Source: Vezdaea acicularis
Taxonomy: Eukaryota
Direction: 5' to 3'
Length of the DNA: 64,000 nucleotides
Assembly (NCBI GenBank): GCA_026025075.1
Contig: JAPEUI010000051.1
Coordinates: 1 to 64,000, forward strand
Shown one piece after another: positions 25,319 through 38,027 of the stretch. A model generated the notes under the pieces. It worked only from the letters and a program-made list of their open reading frames with translations. It was not told the DNA's origin and ran no database searches. How positions within the stretch are numbered: position 1 is the first letter of the stretch; each line of letters starts with the position of its first letter. A program made the position numbers and the translations under genes.

Positions 25319-26236
25319 ATGCCTCCTCTGGCGTCGGCTGCGGGTACGGGGCTAAGGACTTGTTTACGACAGCAGTTGCCAGCTGTGCGCGCCTCGACAG
25401 TGTCTCTTCAACAGCAGCGAGGGAAGGCGAGCGAGGTGTCCGCGACTTCATCTTTCGAAAGTCCCTTCAGGGGCGTGGGAAGCAGTCAACAAACCACGAA
25501 TATCCCGGATTTCAGTAAATACCGAAGTAAGAGGGGTCAGGATGGAAACAAGGTCTTTCAGTACTTCATGGTCGGGACAATGGGGCTGCTAAGTGCCGCG
25601 GGTGCAAAGGCCACTATTCAAGGTATACCAAGACACTATCCCTCTGTAGCTGAGGCACCATCTACAATGGCAAGGAGCGTCTCACTGATGCGATTGACTA
25701 GATTTTTTGGTCAACATGTCCGCATCAGCTGATGTTCTGGCAATGGCAAAGGTCGAGGTGGACCTAAACCAAATCCCTTTGGGCAAGAATGTATGTATAT
25801 ATTCCGAATGACTTGGACAACTAAAAGAATTGTACTGATAGGCAACATAGGTCATCATAAAATGGCGAGGCAAGCCAGTTTTCATCCGGCATAGAACAGA
25901 TTCAGAGATCAAGGAAGCCAATGCCGTCAAAGTTGCGTCTCTTCGAGATCCACAGGCTGATTCCGATAGAGTCAAAAAGCCTGAATGGCTGATTATGATC
26001 GGTATGTTCGCATAAAATAAACTTGAACGAAAGTGGTTGCTGACCTGCTGAAAGGCGTTTGTACACATCTTGGTTGTGTGCCAATCGGAGAGGCTGGGGA
26101 CTTCGGAGGGTGGTTCTGTCCGTGCCATGGGTCCCATTATGACATCTCTGGGCGTGTGAGAAAAGGACCGGCACCATTGAACTTGGAAATTCCCCAATAC
26201 GACTTCCCAGAGGACACGTCTCTGGTAATCGGTTAG
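25319..26236 (+). CDS. RIP1: Cytochrome bc1 Rieske iron-sulfur subunit, mitochondrial (3 introns)
   Basis: Presequence; [58 protein letters not shown]. Confidence 0.97.
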
Positions 26237-26488
26237 GAGGGACTTGACGGGGAGGGGAGGAGTTAGCTTGAGAATGTATTATCAGAAGACGGAATGCTCC
26301 ATTTTCTAAGTCATTTGCTTATCTCTATAGAAGTAGCAGGATTGGAATAGATCCACTGTACAAACAAGCTTAAGTGTCTATAATGTTCTCTCAATGAGTC
26401 TCCATAGATCTATCCGAAATGATAAACGCCTCTAGCCCTAATGCAGATGCTTCTCTCGGCGCCCAGCCCAAACCCCCCATGGAAGCAT

Positions 26489-27129
26489 CTAGGTAGTTGC
26501 CTTTGGCTTCTTCGTACCATATTTTGATCGACTTGACATGCGTGTGCTTACGCCTCCCTACACGGGATACGTTAGCAAGTGAAACTTTCCAAAGAAGGTT
26601 GAATAGGAGTAGTGGTGTATCACGTACTAGATCGAGTGCGCCTCTAACCAGATGATATCGAACGCCTGGACAATCTTGACTTCTTCCTCCCCTAACCAGT
26701 ACTACCGAATGCTGCTGTACATTGTGTCCTATTCTGATCGTAAATCGCTAATTTCCCCTAAGACTATACTTGGAGAGACCTACCCTCTCCAGGGATGTAC
26801 GCAGTGACTGCCCTTCCACTACTCAGCCTGACCTTCGCAATCTTCCTCTCCGCCGAATTCGGCTTCTTAGGTTTTACGACTCCGACTTTCATGCAGACGG
26901 CCTTCATCTCGGGCCTGTTCTTCAGCGCAGGAGATCGAGTTTTGCGCACGCGCTTCGCTTCTCGACATCCGCGCGTTACTTGGTTGTACGTCGCCAGGGC
27001 TGGAGAGGTCGTTGTGAAGGTGCGCCCTAGGGGAATCGCGTTGGTTTTTGGGGCAATGTGAGGAAATAATGTAAGGAGTTTTGGTAGGGAGAGGAATGAG
27101 CAAGGGCGAAGAGTGTAAGAGAACGCCAT
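26489..27129 (-). CDS. MRPS12: Mitochondrial ribosomal protein S12 (uS12m; 2 introns)
   Basis: Presequence; [69 protein letters not shown]. Confidence 0.94.
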
Positions 27130-27506
27130 TATGGGAGAGGGGTGTCTGAGAATGGCATTAAGCTGGGCGATGGAGCGGGCGCAGATGAAGCTTTTTCCGA
27201 GCTTCGATTGTCGCGAAGCGATGCAGATAAATTCCACTCGGATATCTTATCTGAAATGACTGAGCCCCCTTATTACCAGCAATTTTTCGAGAGTTTCTGT
27301 TTGTTGAAGGCACGACATATCTATAGATTCCTCAGTTGGCATTTATATTGCATCTGTTTTGTGGTGTGACATAATGGCCGTTCCCAATGTAGCTACGCCG
27401 TTGGCAAAAACACCTACGAAATGTAAATGTCAGGATGTTACGGGTTGGAAGCGGTAGCTTCTAATATCTATGACTGCGTGCACTAAAATTCTTGGGCTTT
27501 ATGGCT

Positions 27507-28822
27507 CTATCGTACCCAGTGTCCGTCCCAATTATATTTCAAGACTTCGTCACCCCAAGACCACCACTCTGCTACAAGGTATCTGGCGAATATTTCTAAA
27601 GCACGGAAAGGCTTGGGAAGATCCTCGAGTTGACTAATGAGCTCTGTAACGTACTCTGTTAGAGTGTAAGTGGTCGCCACAAGCTGAGAGTCCACCAACC
27701 TCGTAAACATGGCTTCCGCGAATGAAGGTCAGGGACACTGACAATCACTCTTCTTTTGACGAGCTGTTCACTTTTCTTATCAATTATCCTTCTACCAATA
27801 AGCAAGACTTCGTATGGCTTCCTCCAACTGCTATCAATGTCAATGATGGGCTCTCCTTTGATCGTGGTCTTCAGCCAAATCCACTCTTCAACGAGCTCGA
27901 TGCCCCAAACGTTGAACATACCCTTACGGCCAAGAATGACGTCTCGTAGAGTTTGCTTGTTAGTTACCCATACCCCTAGAAGGCCCGCCTGTGCCAGCAA
28001 GTCTTTGACAGGTATCGAAGAGAGGAGATCCTTGATGCCTCGTACTGTAGCTGGTCCGTCATATGACCGTCTGCGCTTGGCAGATGCATTTGGCCAAGGG
28101 GGGTCCATTAAGATGAAGTCAAACTCTACACGACTTCCAGAGGTTTCATTGTAAACGGAATCTTGCAGACATGAGCCTCGAAGCCTTGAAAACACGAAAG
28201 ATGAGTTCGGAGGAATGCAAAAGGTATAAATCGAGGTCTGGAAGGGAATCTCAATTATCGTCATTCTGTCCACATCATTGGACAGAACAGAATTCCAGAT
28301 ATCTGAAAGGTCTTCAAGCCGGGCATTTCCGGTCGAAACCAAGCTTGATAGACAAATCTGTCTTGGGTGTGAAGCGAAGCTTGATAAGTATGAAAGATTC
28401 TGGACATAAGCATGAAAATTAGGGTCAGAAATGGAAGAGGAAGCCTGCCCAAGAATATCGGATACAGTCTCTTCTCCAGTACTAGACAAATCGTCAACAG
28501 TCCTAAAGGCTTCCTTGGGCAAAATGGCTCGTGCTAGGCACCAGTCACCCATGTGAGCGTTTGAGATCTGTTGTAGGGCTTCTGCGATTAACGGTTTGAA
28601 TTTTGCATGCAAATCATCGGCGACTGTGTTCTGAGACGATTTCACTTCCGCCGACAATGATCCTGGCTCATTCGAAGGGAAGGGCTCTCGCAATGGCTCC
28701 GAGGATAATAGTCTCCTCTCAACATTGCGCCCTGGCGTACCTTGAGCGAGAGAAATTGAAGTAGGTAGGTCAAACAGAGTGACCGTTTGCGCCGCATTCT
28801 GCCATAGGATAGCGGAAAGCAT
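27507..28822 (-). CDS. MT-A70-family N6-adenine methyltransferase, METTL4-like (1 intron)
   Basis: FDFILMDPPWPN (catalytic motif IV), GVWVTN, EEWIWLKTT..GEP, WRKPYEVLLIG, VPDLHSRKPCL|RELI, LEIFAR.L...WWSWGDEV. The start is uncertain: first ATG 28822, frame open from 28834. Confidence 0.85.
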
Positions 28823-29137
28823 TAAATCATTCACGTTGCGCTGATAGATCTTAGTGCATACGAGGACCTTGTTGCCATTGCTAGAATCCTTGCTTGGACT
28901 TAGTGTTCATTCTGAGGTATCATTATGGTGACCGTGCAAATGTTGACGCGGTCCTCGCATGCCTGCAAGACCGTTAGACGCTCGGCAAACATCTTTAACC
29001 GAGGTTGAAGATCATTTGCTTTCCATCGCCACAACTTGCGCTTACCTTTTCAAACCCCATGTCACAAATAAGAGAAACGGGAGAAGTCAACTAAAGGACT
29101 GGCTTCGAAACAAGCATAGTGGGGTTTGTTGGTGGGA

Positions 29138-30313
29138 ATGCCACCAACGGTCGTCGGCCATGTTGATGCATCGACGAACTCAAATGGACAGCAGATCGTG
29201 GCGGATAGAGAAGAATCGATAACGTTGCGCGAGAAGGATGAAAGACAGAAAATCGACAAGGCGAGCATAGATTATGTATTAAGATCCGGGCTTGCCGGTG
29301 GACTTGCCGGTTGTGCTGTAAGTCCCCCTATTGTCGATGTTGAACCTTAGTCGGCCTATATTGACGACACCTCAATGCAGGCAAAAACAATCGTAGGGCC
29401 ACTTGACCGCGTCAAGATCCTATTTCAGGCCTCAAATCCACAATTCGCGAAGTACACTGGTTCTTGGTTTGGCGTAGTCACTGCAATGAAAGACATCTAT
29501 CATCAAGACGGCGTTTGGGGTCTTTTTAGGGGCCACTCTGCGACCTTATTACGCATATTTCCGTATGCAGGTATTAAGTTCCTTGCGTACGAACAGATTA
29601 GAGCAGCTATGATTAAGGGTCCAGAACAAGAGACACCATGGAGGCGGCTGGTCAGTGGAAGCCTGGCTGGTGTAACGACCGTCTTCTTTACATACCCTTT
29701 GGAAGTCATCCGAGTACGGCTTGCGTTCGAGACGAAGAAGGATGTACGACCATCTCTTTCTGGCATTTGTAGACAGATATACAATGCAGCTGCCCCAACT
29801 CCAGCTTCGAAAGGCGCTGGCGTCATTGCGGAGTCAGTTCGACAGGTCACAAACCATTCTGGCCTGGTCAACTTTTACCGTGGTTTTAGCCCGACCCTTT
29901 GGGGTATGCTTCCCTATGCGGGTGTATCATTCTTAACGCATGATACAGCGGGCGACTGGCTCCGGCATCCCAGTATAGCGCGGTGGACAGTATCCACTAG
30001 ACTCTCAAATGCTCCCCCCGGAAAGCCCTCCCCCCTAAATACTTGGGCTCAACTAGTAGCTGGCGGCTTTGCAGGACTCGTGTCTCAGACTGTTTCATAC
30101 CCACTTGAAGTCATTAGAAGGCGTATGCAAGTCGGTGGCACAGTTGGAGATGGCCATCGGCTTGGTATATCTGAGACAACTAAGAAAATATGGAGTGAGC
30201 GAGGCGTGAAGGGCTTCTTCGTCGGACTGACCATTGGCTACGTCAAGGTCGTACCAATGGTTGCCACTAGTTTCTTCGTCTACGAAAGAAGCAAGACTTG
30301 GCTAGGCATCTGA
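29138..30313 (+). CDS. LEU5: Mitochondrial carrier, coenzyme A transporter Leu5-like (1 intron)
   Basis: DYVLRSGLAGGLAGCA|AKT..GPLDRVKILFQ, GHSATLLRIFPYAGIKF; three PX[DE]XX[KR] carrier motifs. Confidence 0.9.
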
Positions 30314-30453
30314 GCTTCTCGACCTTGTTACTGTGCTTGTTTTGCATATCAAGGCGTTGAGGCTCCTTGTAAATGCTATTCATTCGGTAGATACCCAGCT
30401 ATTATACATGAACTCAACCTCCCAACCAAATGCAAGTATATCCTAAATGCAAT

Positions 30454-31861
30454 TTACGCCATTATCCGTCTTAATCCTTCGGTGCCACCAAGAACCCTTC
30501 TACCCGAGACCGCACATCTCCCCTTACCACTTTCCCATTTCCCTTCGTAACTCTCCTTCTCCTTGGCCCAGCCTTCTTCCTCGCCTCCGCCGGTGCCCAT
30601 GAATGCCGCTTGTCGCTCATGACTTCCATCGACCCACTTATATATACAAGTATAGCAAAACACATATCCCGTCTGACATGCCGTCGGCGTCTGGACTGGA
30701 GACACACATATCGGACACAGGCCTGTAGACCCGCGGGGATAGTCGACGACGTAGATAGGCAAGTGAGACAAGCTCGAGATTGGTGGATTGGGCGGTAAGT
30801 GTGAGGAGCTCCTCTCGGGAGAATCTTCCTTAAGGTCGCTCATCTTTGGTGCCTTTTTGAGGCCAGCAATGACAGGCGGAGGCAGCTCAAGACTCTCTGT
30901 TGCTTTCTTTGAGAGCTGGCGTGCAAAATTAGACGCATGCCACCACTCAAGAAACTTGAGCGCAAATATCGACGTCGGAAGAAATAGCTTCAGAGAAAAT
31001 AAGAGCGCTGGATATAGACGTTGTCCTAGCATTCGAGGATGGAGGATTGAGCTTGATTCGCCAGGTCGAGCACCAGAAGGACTTGGCGCCACACCCGGTT
31101 GTGCATCTGCGGCCAAGGCAAAAGCTTGATAGTCTGCTGCGCCCAGTCGCCGTATACGGGTACCTATAAGCCAAAGAAATGGCGAGTGGTACTTGGAAGT
31201 GTCGAAGAGGTATGCAAGATTGAAGGCAAGAATAGAGAAATAATATGCAGCATTTATGGAGGGATAAATATGCCTGAGAAACCACTTGTAGTAATACATT
31301 ATCCGCTGCTTGATTGTCGCATTTGGTGGAAGGTTATCACGGTTGAACGTAGGCCCGAAGAGTCTTGCTTGAGGCGCATGTATGTCATAGCTCTCATCAA
31401 GCTTGCGCTTCAAGTAGGGCACACCCACCATTACCGCCAGATTCTTCCATACATCATCACGCTGTAAAGCTAATGTCTCCCGGACAATGATTGGTGTACT
31501 GAGTTGAGCGCGTGGGATTTCTCCGCCTTTGATGTGTAGGACACGCTCGCGCTTAAGGCCATAGAAGTTCTCGGTGAAACTGCCGCCATAGTTTTGAAGA
31601 TAGAGTCGTTCGACAAGAATAGCTATCAGCGCGTAAACCTCATCGAAGGAGTTTAGTATTCGAAGGAGATATCTCGGATGTCTTTGTGTAATGTGTGCAA
31701 GGAGATAGCGTAGGGAAGGCGGCAGCAATGCAGATAATTGTTGCTCCGAGAGGAGTTCTATCCATGTTAGCATTGGCCACAGGACCGAGGAGGGATCGCA
31801 AACCAAACAGTGAGGGTTTGTGATCATCGAGACCGTGCTGTATACTAGAGATAAACTCCAT
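30454..31861 (-). CDS. PEX12: Peroxin Pex12 (RING peroxin; one intron, 31758-31803)
   Basis: MEF...[51 protein letters not shown]...[10 protein letters not shown]...GRCAVSG. Confidence 0.93.
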
Positions 31862-32023
31862 GTCGCTCCAGCGTACATAACTCTGCCGCTAAGACTATGC
31901 GCAAGAAATCCATGTAATTTACAGATCAACGCCTAAGAAAGTGTTGCCGAGGTATGATACGCGAGTAATTGACACCTACGATGATCCCGAGCTTTGATTG
32001 GAGCACGCTAAACGTAAACAGTA

Positions 32024-33293
32024 CACGGGGTAGGGCCTATGTCTGTTCCGCCAAGATGTGGCGTTCTAAGTACTTATACTAGCGAGATAGAAAATTTTCA
32101 TAGGGATGCCACTCAAATTCAGTAGCCAGTGTAGCCTCCCCTCCGCTCAATACAAATGCGAATCCGCTCTGGCATTGAGTCAATGAATTCTAAGATCTGT
32201 TCCTGAGTGATAAGATCCCATTCCCTCTTAAAAGCCTTTCTCAGTTCAACAATGCCCCTAGGTGACCCATCACCATGCCAAATGTAGTATTTGATTAAAT
32301 TCCAGATGTTCTCAATTGGGTTTAAGTCGGGGGAATTAAAGGGCCAAACGACCATTCTTTGGATCCCATAGGTGTCCCATAGATACTCTAACTCCTCTTT
32401 TATATGGGTGGATGCGTTATCTTGCTGTAGTATAAGTTCTGTATTAATCCGAAGGTATTCCACATAGTGACATAGCACATGCTTATGATACCCTTTGACA
32501 CCCATAGTTTTCCCCCAGCCTGATGAGCTGTTGTTTCTTATAGGCCAATGATCCCACATGATCATTGGGCCTTTTCCCTTTCCACTGATTGATCCTAATA
32601 TCTGACAAGCCGAGTAATGGGCAAATCTTGGTCGTAAAGTAGTTGGATCGCTCTCCTCTCCAGCCTTGCGAGTGACATACACACGACCGGACCGTTCTGC
32701 TGACATGTGAGATTCATCCGTAAATAGTACCTTTCTCCAGTCTTCTCTCACCCAATCTCTATACTTTTTGGCCCATTCTAACCGGATATCCATATCATCT
32801 TGGGTAAGATAAGGTCTCTTTTGAGCAACTCTTCGGTGATAACCATCTTTTTCTAGAGCTTTTTTGATTGCCCAATGCCCAACGTCTGGTAACTCTAAGT
32901 AATTCTTTAACTCTTGATCTTTCCCCAATTCCTTATAGGTGAGTCGTCGTCGGGCTGCAGAAGAATTGATTCACTTATAGAGCTTATCTCTAGAGGGAGT
33001 GTTGATGGTTGGTCTTCGGCCTGATTTCTTTTTTGGAGTAAGTGGCATGTCCTCTTTGGCATGCGTTCGGACTGATCTGGTTGTTAGGCCTGTCATTTGA
33101 GCTATCCAGTTATCATCTTTCCCAGCCCTGCGATAGGCTTTTACTTCTATTCGCATCCTTCTGCTGACCGCTCGTCTCATGGCTATTGATGTTGATTAGG
33201 ACTGACTATGGATAGGAGCCGGAAAATATTCTCGCTTGTAAAGGTACCTAGAGCGCCATGCCTTGGCGGAACAGACATAGGCCCTACCCCGTG
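32024..33293 (-). mobile_element. Full-length Tc1/mariner DNA transposon (1270 bp) with a TA target-site duplication
   Basis: TA at 32022-32023 and 33294-33295. Perfect 32-bp TIR CACGGGGTAGGGCCTATGTCTGTTCCGCCAAG at both ends, extending imperfectly to about 64 bp (8 mismatches). Internal DDE transposase. Confidence 0.96.
32119..33180 (-). pseudogene. Tc1-like DD35E transposase with one in-frame TGA (codon 70)
   Basis: ORFs 32971..33180 and 32119..32928 are in the same frame (354 codons), separated only by TGA at 32971-32973. HTH-like N-terminus with SGRRP, VLFTDES, QQDNA, WP.NSPDLNPIENIW, SMPERI...GGYTGY. Confidence 0.88.
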
Positions 33294-33569
33294 TACGTGT
33301 AAAGTTGGTATTAATAGATACATTAGCAAGATGCTTATGAGCCTCGTGCGTGTCTAACTACTAGCACAAATGATATACATCTGCTGTCCTTATTTACAGG
33401 TCCTCCTACTGAACAGATACGGAATTGTCTTAACCCTGTGTGATGTCGCCTGAATATGATGCACGCTCATGTATGCCAAGTCTATTGAACCAACTCCAGG
33501 AATGATGGGAATTAAGTACTCAAACGGGGGTTTTTTACAAGGGGTAACACATGCTAATATACAGCACAG

Positions 33570-36500
33570 CTATGAGAAGAAGTAAAGGCTATCCTTTAGT
33601 CTCGACACGTCAAAGTCTCCCTAACAAAATATATATTAGCCTTGACTTTTTGAACGTAGTCTTGGAGCCTCTTTACCTTCTTGGGAACGTCTGGAAAGCG
33701 GAGGGGCAACCATATGTGGAGTGCCGACGCCGCCCGTTTAGGTTTGTCATCCTCGCGCATGTCGGAAGTATCATGCACATCCAGATCAGGAGCAGAATAA
33801 TCTTCTGCAGTAGGCATATCCTCGAGAGGCGATGAGCCATCTGCTGGAGAAGAGCCAGCTTTGACACACTCTGCACGTTCGAAAAAGCCAAAAGGTTCCC
33901 CACCATGATCTTCAAGAATGCTTGCGGGGGTGACCATTCTGCGGCCTCGTTCTACATCTTCTGGATTTGCGGAACTTAGCAGATTCAAACGCTCTCGTTC
34001 CAAGAAGAGTTCCCTCATTTGTATGTTTCCGGGCTTTGAATTTCGCCGAATCTCGGTTGATTGCCCTCGACGCCATTCTTTAACTTTTCTCCCAGCAGGG
34101 CCCGCGCTAGGGATAGCTGTGTAATAGAGACAGTCTTTATATCGAGCTCTGAATTCTGCAGCCAAGCGACCGATAACATCCTCAGAATGAATGCGAATAA
34201 ACGAATCTCGCAGGATACAGTTCATAGAATCTATGCTCCCAGCATGAGTCCAGAACGAGTCGTGAACCGAAGCAAACGTCAGGCCTGCCTCATTACATTT
34301 CAGGGCAGACAGGAGCATATGAGTCGCGTCCAGAGAATGCACGAAATTAGGCGGAAAAGCTTGCAGCTGCTTGCGCTTGCTCACTGGATCTGTTGGGCTT
34401 GGCTCAAAGATGGTGATCTGCTGCATAGTTGTGGCAACGGATTTAGCTTCGAATTTTCGATAAGGTTGTACAACAGGCATTTTAAGAGGTGTTGTCCAGA
34501 TGACAGGAGTTCTGAAGAAAGGGCGTTTTCGCTTTACGGGCTCAGTCGCCACCCCGTCGGACGAGCTACGGGCGATCAATTGCTCGATCTGAGCAGGCGT
34601 TACAGCCTCAGATATGCGCTTCGCACACTCTGCAAGCCAGAATTGAATCTCATGAGCTCCTCCGAACATTGCGGACAGAGCCTTGAAAATCTTTTTTGCG
34701 ACGTATCTGGATAACTTCGAGTACGGCATATCAAGCGCCACCGTATTGGGCAATGCTTCGGTGAGTTGCCTGCGAACCTGAGCAGACGCACCGACAAATG
34801 TGACGCCGTAGACGTTCGTCATGACAGTTTGCTTGACGACTTTTCTTGTGATGAACCCGTCGAGCAATTTCGCAACTGCTAATCCACTACGGGCATCTTC
34901 AGATATGTCCCTCTTGATTTCCTCAGCAACCGCAGTGTACACGTCTGCTGGCCTTTCTCCTGGTTCAAGATTGACCTGTTTAGCACCCCAAGCATCACCC
35001 CCAAGAGCAGCATAATGTTGAAGTCCATTGCAGGTTCCATCCTGGTGAATAGGAAGGCGAGACCTGAAACGTGAAGGGTCCGGCGATTCGAGAGCAGATT
35101 TGAGCTCAATACAGGTCGCGAGACATTGCCATGGATCTTCCGCCTTCAGCCACCACCTAGAACCCCCTAGAGGACGGCTAGCGGAATCAAAGATATCGGC
35201 CATATGCTCCATCGTGAAGTCCTCTCTCTCTTTAAAACTTGCTTTATCATAACCGAAAACATTTGCTAGATGGATTTTGAGCCAAACTAGTCCGGCTGCA
35301 CCCAACTCTTTCGCTTCAGCAAATAAGAGAAGACCTCTGGCGTTATCAGCACCCATGTGGTTCAAGTACGGAGGTATTGGATAAGCTCGGCCGCGGAAGT
35401 CCATATTATGAGGGAAGTAGAATTTCTCGTCTCGGAAAGCTTTCGCCACTTCCAGTTGGAAATTTTGGAAGCACCTTTGAGAATGAAGACCAGATTTCTC
35501 GTTCTCAAGCTCTCGCACCCGCCTTGTCCAATTGTAACGCTCGTCTCGAGTAGCTGATGGAGCTGGTTCTGGAGGAAAGTTGATTTTTGGATCGGCAGGC
35601 GGGATATCAGCGAGAGCCTCGCCTGTGTTCCAAGCCTCAAGCATGACGTCGAAGACTTTCCGATTAATTATCCAAGGCACTTTTCCAAGTACATCAAGTC
35701 CGGCAAACACCTGATCTAAATCCCCTCTCTTAGCTGCAGTTTTTGCGTATTGTAATTGGCATATGTCCGCGTCCTTGATACGAACAACTCGAGTCGGGTA
35801 TCGAATGTAGCCACCTCTAGAAAACCCGGTCCACTTAGCCGGTTCCACTACCATGGGTAGGTACTTGGCAATAACATGAGGTACAGGTTCCTTTTTCACT
35901 TTCTCTATAAGGAGCGTGTTCATGAAGAGCATACCAAGTTTCCTACCTCGCTTGATTAGATAAACATGGTTGAACGCTGGCTGCACCTGATTTATGACCT
36001 CCTGTGTGGTTGGATGGATGCGCTGCACACTTAATTTTGCCGCCTTTGTTAAGGCTGAGACAAGAACCGACCCAACTTTAATCTTTTGGCTAAGTGTCCA
36101 GCGCACGGATTCTGGCTTGACGTTATCCCGAGTTGCAGCTGCCTTTTCAAAAGCTTCTGCAGAAAGTGGCGTAGACATCTTGGACTTAACCCGTTGCAGA
36201 GTCCTCAATCGCTTCGAGCGCTTCCATGCCGTGGATGGATCTGGCCCGTGCATCTTGGCTCGTACATTCACATCATCGGCGTTACTCTCTTCCTCCACTG
36301 TGTGTCCAACAGCGGCAACTAGCTGGCCAAGACGAGCGCCCTTTTCGAACCCTTCGAAGCTAAGAGAATTAATCGCCGTGAGAATAGTTATTGCGGAGAG
36401 TTTATCCACGGACAAGACACGGAGAAAGGGTCCATAGGCGCATCGATCTCTATCCTCCTCGGTTTGCACTTTTTTGACTTCAGCCTTGTCAAGCCGCTTC

Positions 36501-37802
36501 AGTTCCTCTTCAATCAATGGCTTCAGGCTCTTATGCCAGTCCCACATGAGCGAGCCCAACGTTTGTCCGCGAAGCGAGGATCCCACTCGTAGACGAGCCA
36601 ACTTTTCATGCTCGATTTTCCAACGCTCGATTGCTGCATTGATCGAATCTTCCTCCAGTTGCAATTGTCGAGCATGCGTGTCCTTGTTGGGGCTCTTATC
36701 AGTACCATCGGGACATTTTTCGCTCTCTGTCACAGCTTCAGAGAAAATAGATAAAGATCTTCGAAGACTATGTAAACCTTGCCCTTTCTGCGGCACCTCT
36801 CGGACTGCTTGGTTTGGGTCAAGAGAAGGCAATGATGTCGTTGTAGTTTCATCCGGCTCCAGCTCTTGAATAGCCTGGTAGAACTGTTCGGAGCACATCT
36901 GACCTGATTAGCATCACGGCACAAGAAGACCCATACCCAGGGCTACTTACCATTGTTACCATTGAGATTTCAGCATCAGACAAGATGGGCAATTGGAACA
37001 TCTCCAGATCACGCTCGTCAGACTTCGCAAAATCATAATACCGCCTTACCGTTCGCTCTCTTTTAGGGCCATGCGAAAAGTTCAGAGATCCTTTTACTAG
37101 ATATGCATATACGTCGGCATCTGCCCTCGTCCCTGAGAGTCGAATCTTGATCTCGTAGTACTTCTGAGCATCTTTGAATGCAATTGCATCTCTTTCAGTT
37201 ATAGCTTTTCGCAGCAAAGTCCTGATATATTCGTGATGTAAAGCTCTCCACTCGTGTGAGTTGCCATGGTAAATGTTTTCAAGTCGTCGAATTATCACAG
37301 CAGCGCGTTCCAAACGGCTGACTTTAAGGCACGCATCTAGCATGGCATGCATCTCCGTAAGGTTACCACCGAAGCTACCAGGTTGAGTGCCGCGATACCG
37401 TTTGTTGGCTTCATACGTAGAATAATCAAGTTGGAGAAGAGAGGAAGGATCAAACTGTAAATCTGCTGAAGGCCAACCTGGCGAGCCAAGTTGCGGACGG
37501 GTTTGTGAGTTTGGGTGAGACGCCCAAGGGATAATGTCGTTGGATGAGAGAGGCTCTTCCATGGTGACAGTGGCGAAGCGCCTCCTCCCACGTCTTCCAT
37601 TTCTAGGACTCAAACTTTGGTTGCTTAGAGGAAGTACTCGTGGTGGCAACGATTGACCCCTATAGGAAGTTGAGGACCGTCGCTGAGATCGAAAACGTAA
37701 TTGGGCAGGGCAGAGCCACGGTAAGTGAAGGCCCTCGATGCCCGGCGCAGCGTTGCGAAAGGCGTCATGATGTGCTATCCGCCGTGCTGATCGAGCCAGC
37801 AT
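33570..37802 (-). CDS. RPO41: Mitochondrial DNA-directed RNA polymerase (T7-like; 2 introns)
   Basis: Presequence MLARSARR; YFPHNMDFRGRAYP, HQDGTCNGLQHYAALGGD, RKVVKQTVMTNVYGVT, FPPNFVHSLDATH, SVHDSFWTH; last exon GDFDV....SLYFFS*. Confidence 0.96.
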
Positions 37803-38017
37803 CTTGTACTAACAGCTCGAAGAGCTCCGTAGCACCTCACTAAACACAGATAAGGCATGGGACGGAGATTGACGTGAAGCCTTCAGGAGGAGAATAATGT
37901 GAACAATCTTAATAGCATACTTCGACTGCTCGCAGCTAATAACTGGGGTGGATAGATATTGCACTGGTATCGAAAAATTTCATTTTAGGAGGCGGTATGA
38001 GGGACGTCAACACTATC

Positions 38018-38027
38018 ATCACGTGAT
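38018..38027. promoter_or_regulatory. Palindromic E-box ATCACGTGAT in the RPO41/ATP25 bidirectional promoter
   Basis: Perfect 10-bp palindrome matching the bHLH (Cbf1/SREBP-type) consensus; CRE-like TGACGT/GACGTCA also at about 37870 and 38003. Confidence 0.45.

Noticed and set aside
31862..31929. N-terminal extension of PEX12 suggested by the 491-aa ORF
   Set aside because: That ORF starts at TTG and reads through an intron. The conserved start MEF...KPSLFE begins at 31861 in another frame.
32929..32975. Intron that removes the transposase stop (GTGAAT..CTCAC..AAG)
   Set aside because: The candidate intron is 43 nt and would shift the frame, and the residues after the stop (INSSAARRRLTYKEL) read as normal transposase sequence.
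33570..37802. T7/T3 phage-like RNA polymerase as a sign of a prophage, linear plasmid or horizontal transfer
   Set aside because: It has spliceosomal introns, a mitochondrial presequence and a long N-terminal extension. It is the ordinary nuclear-encoded Rpo41.
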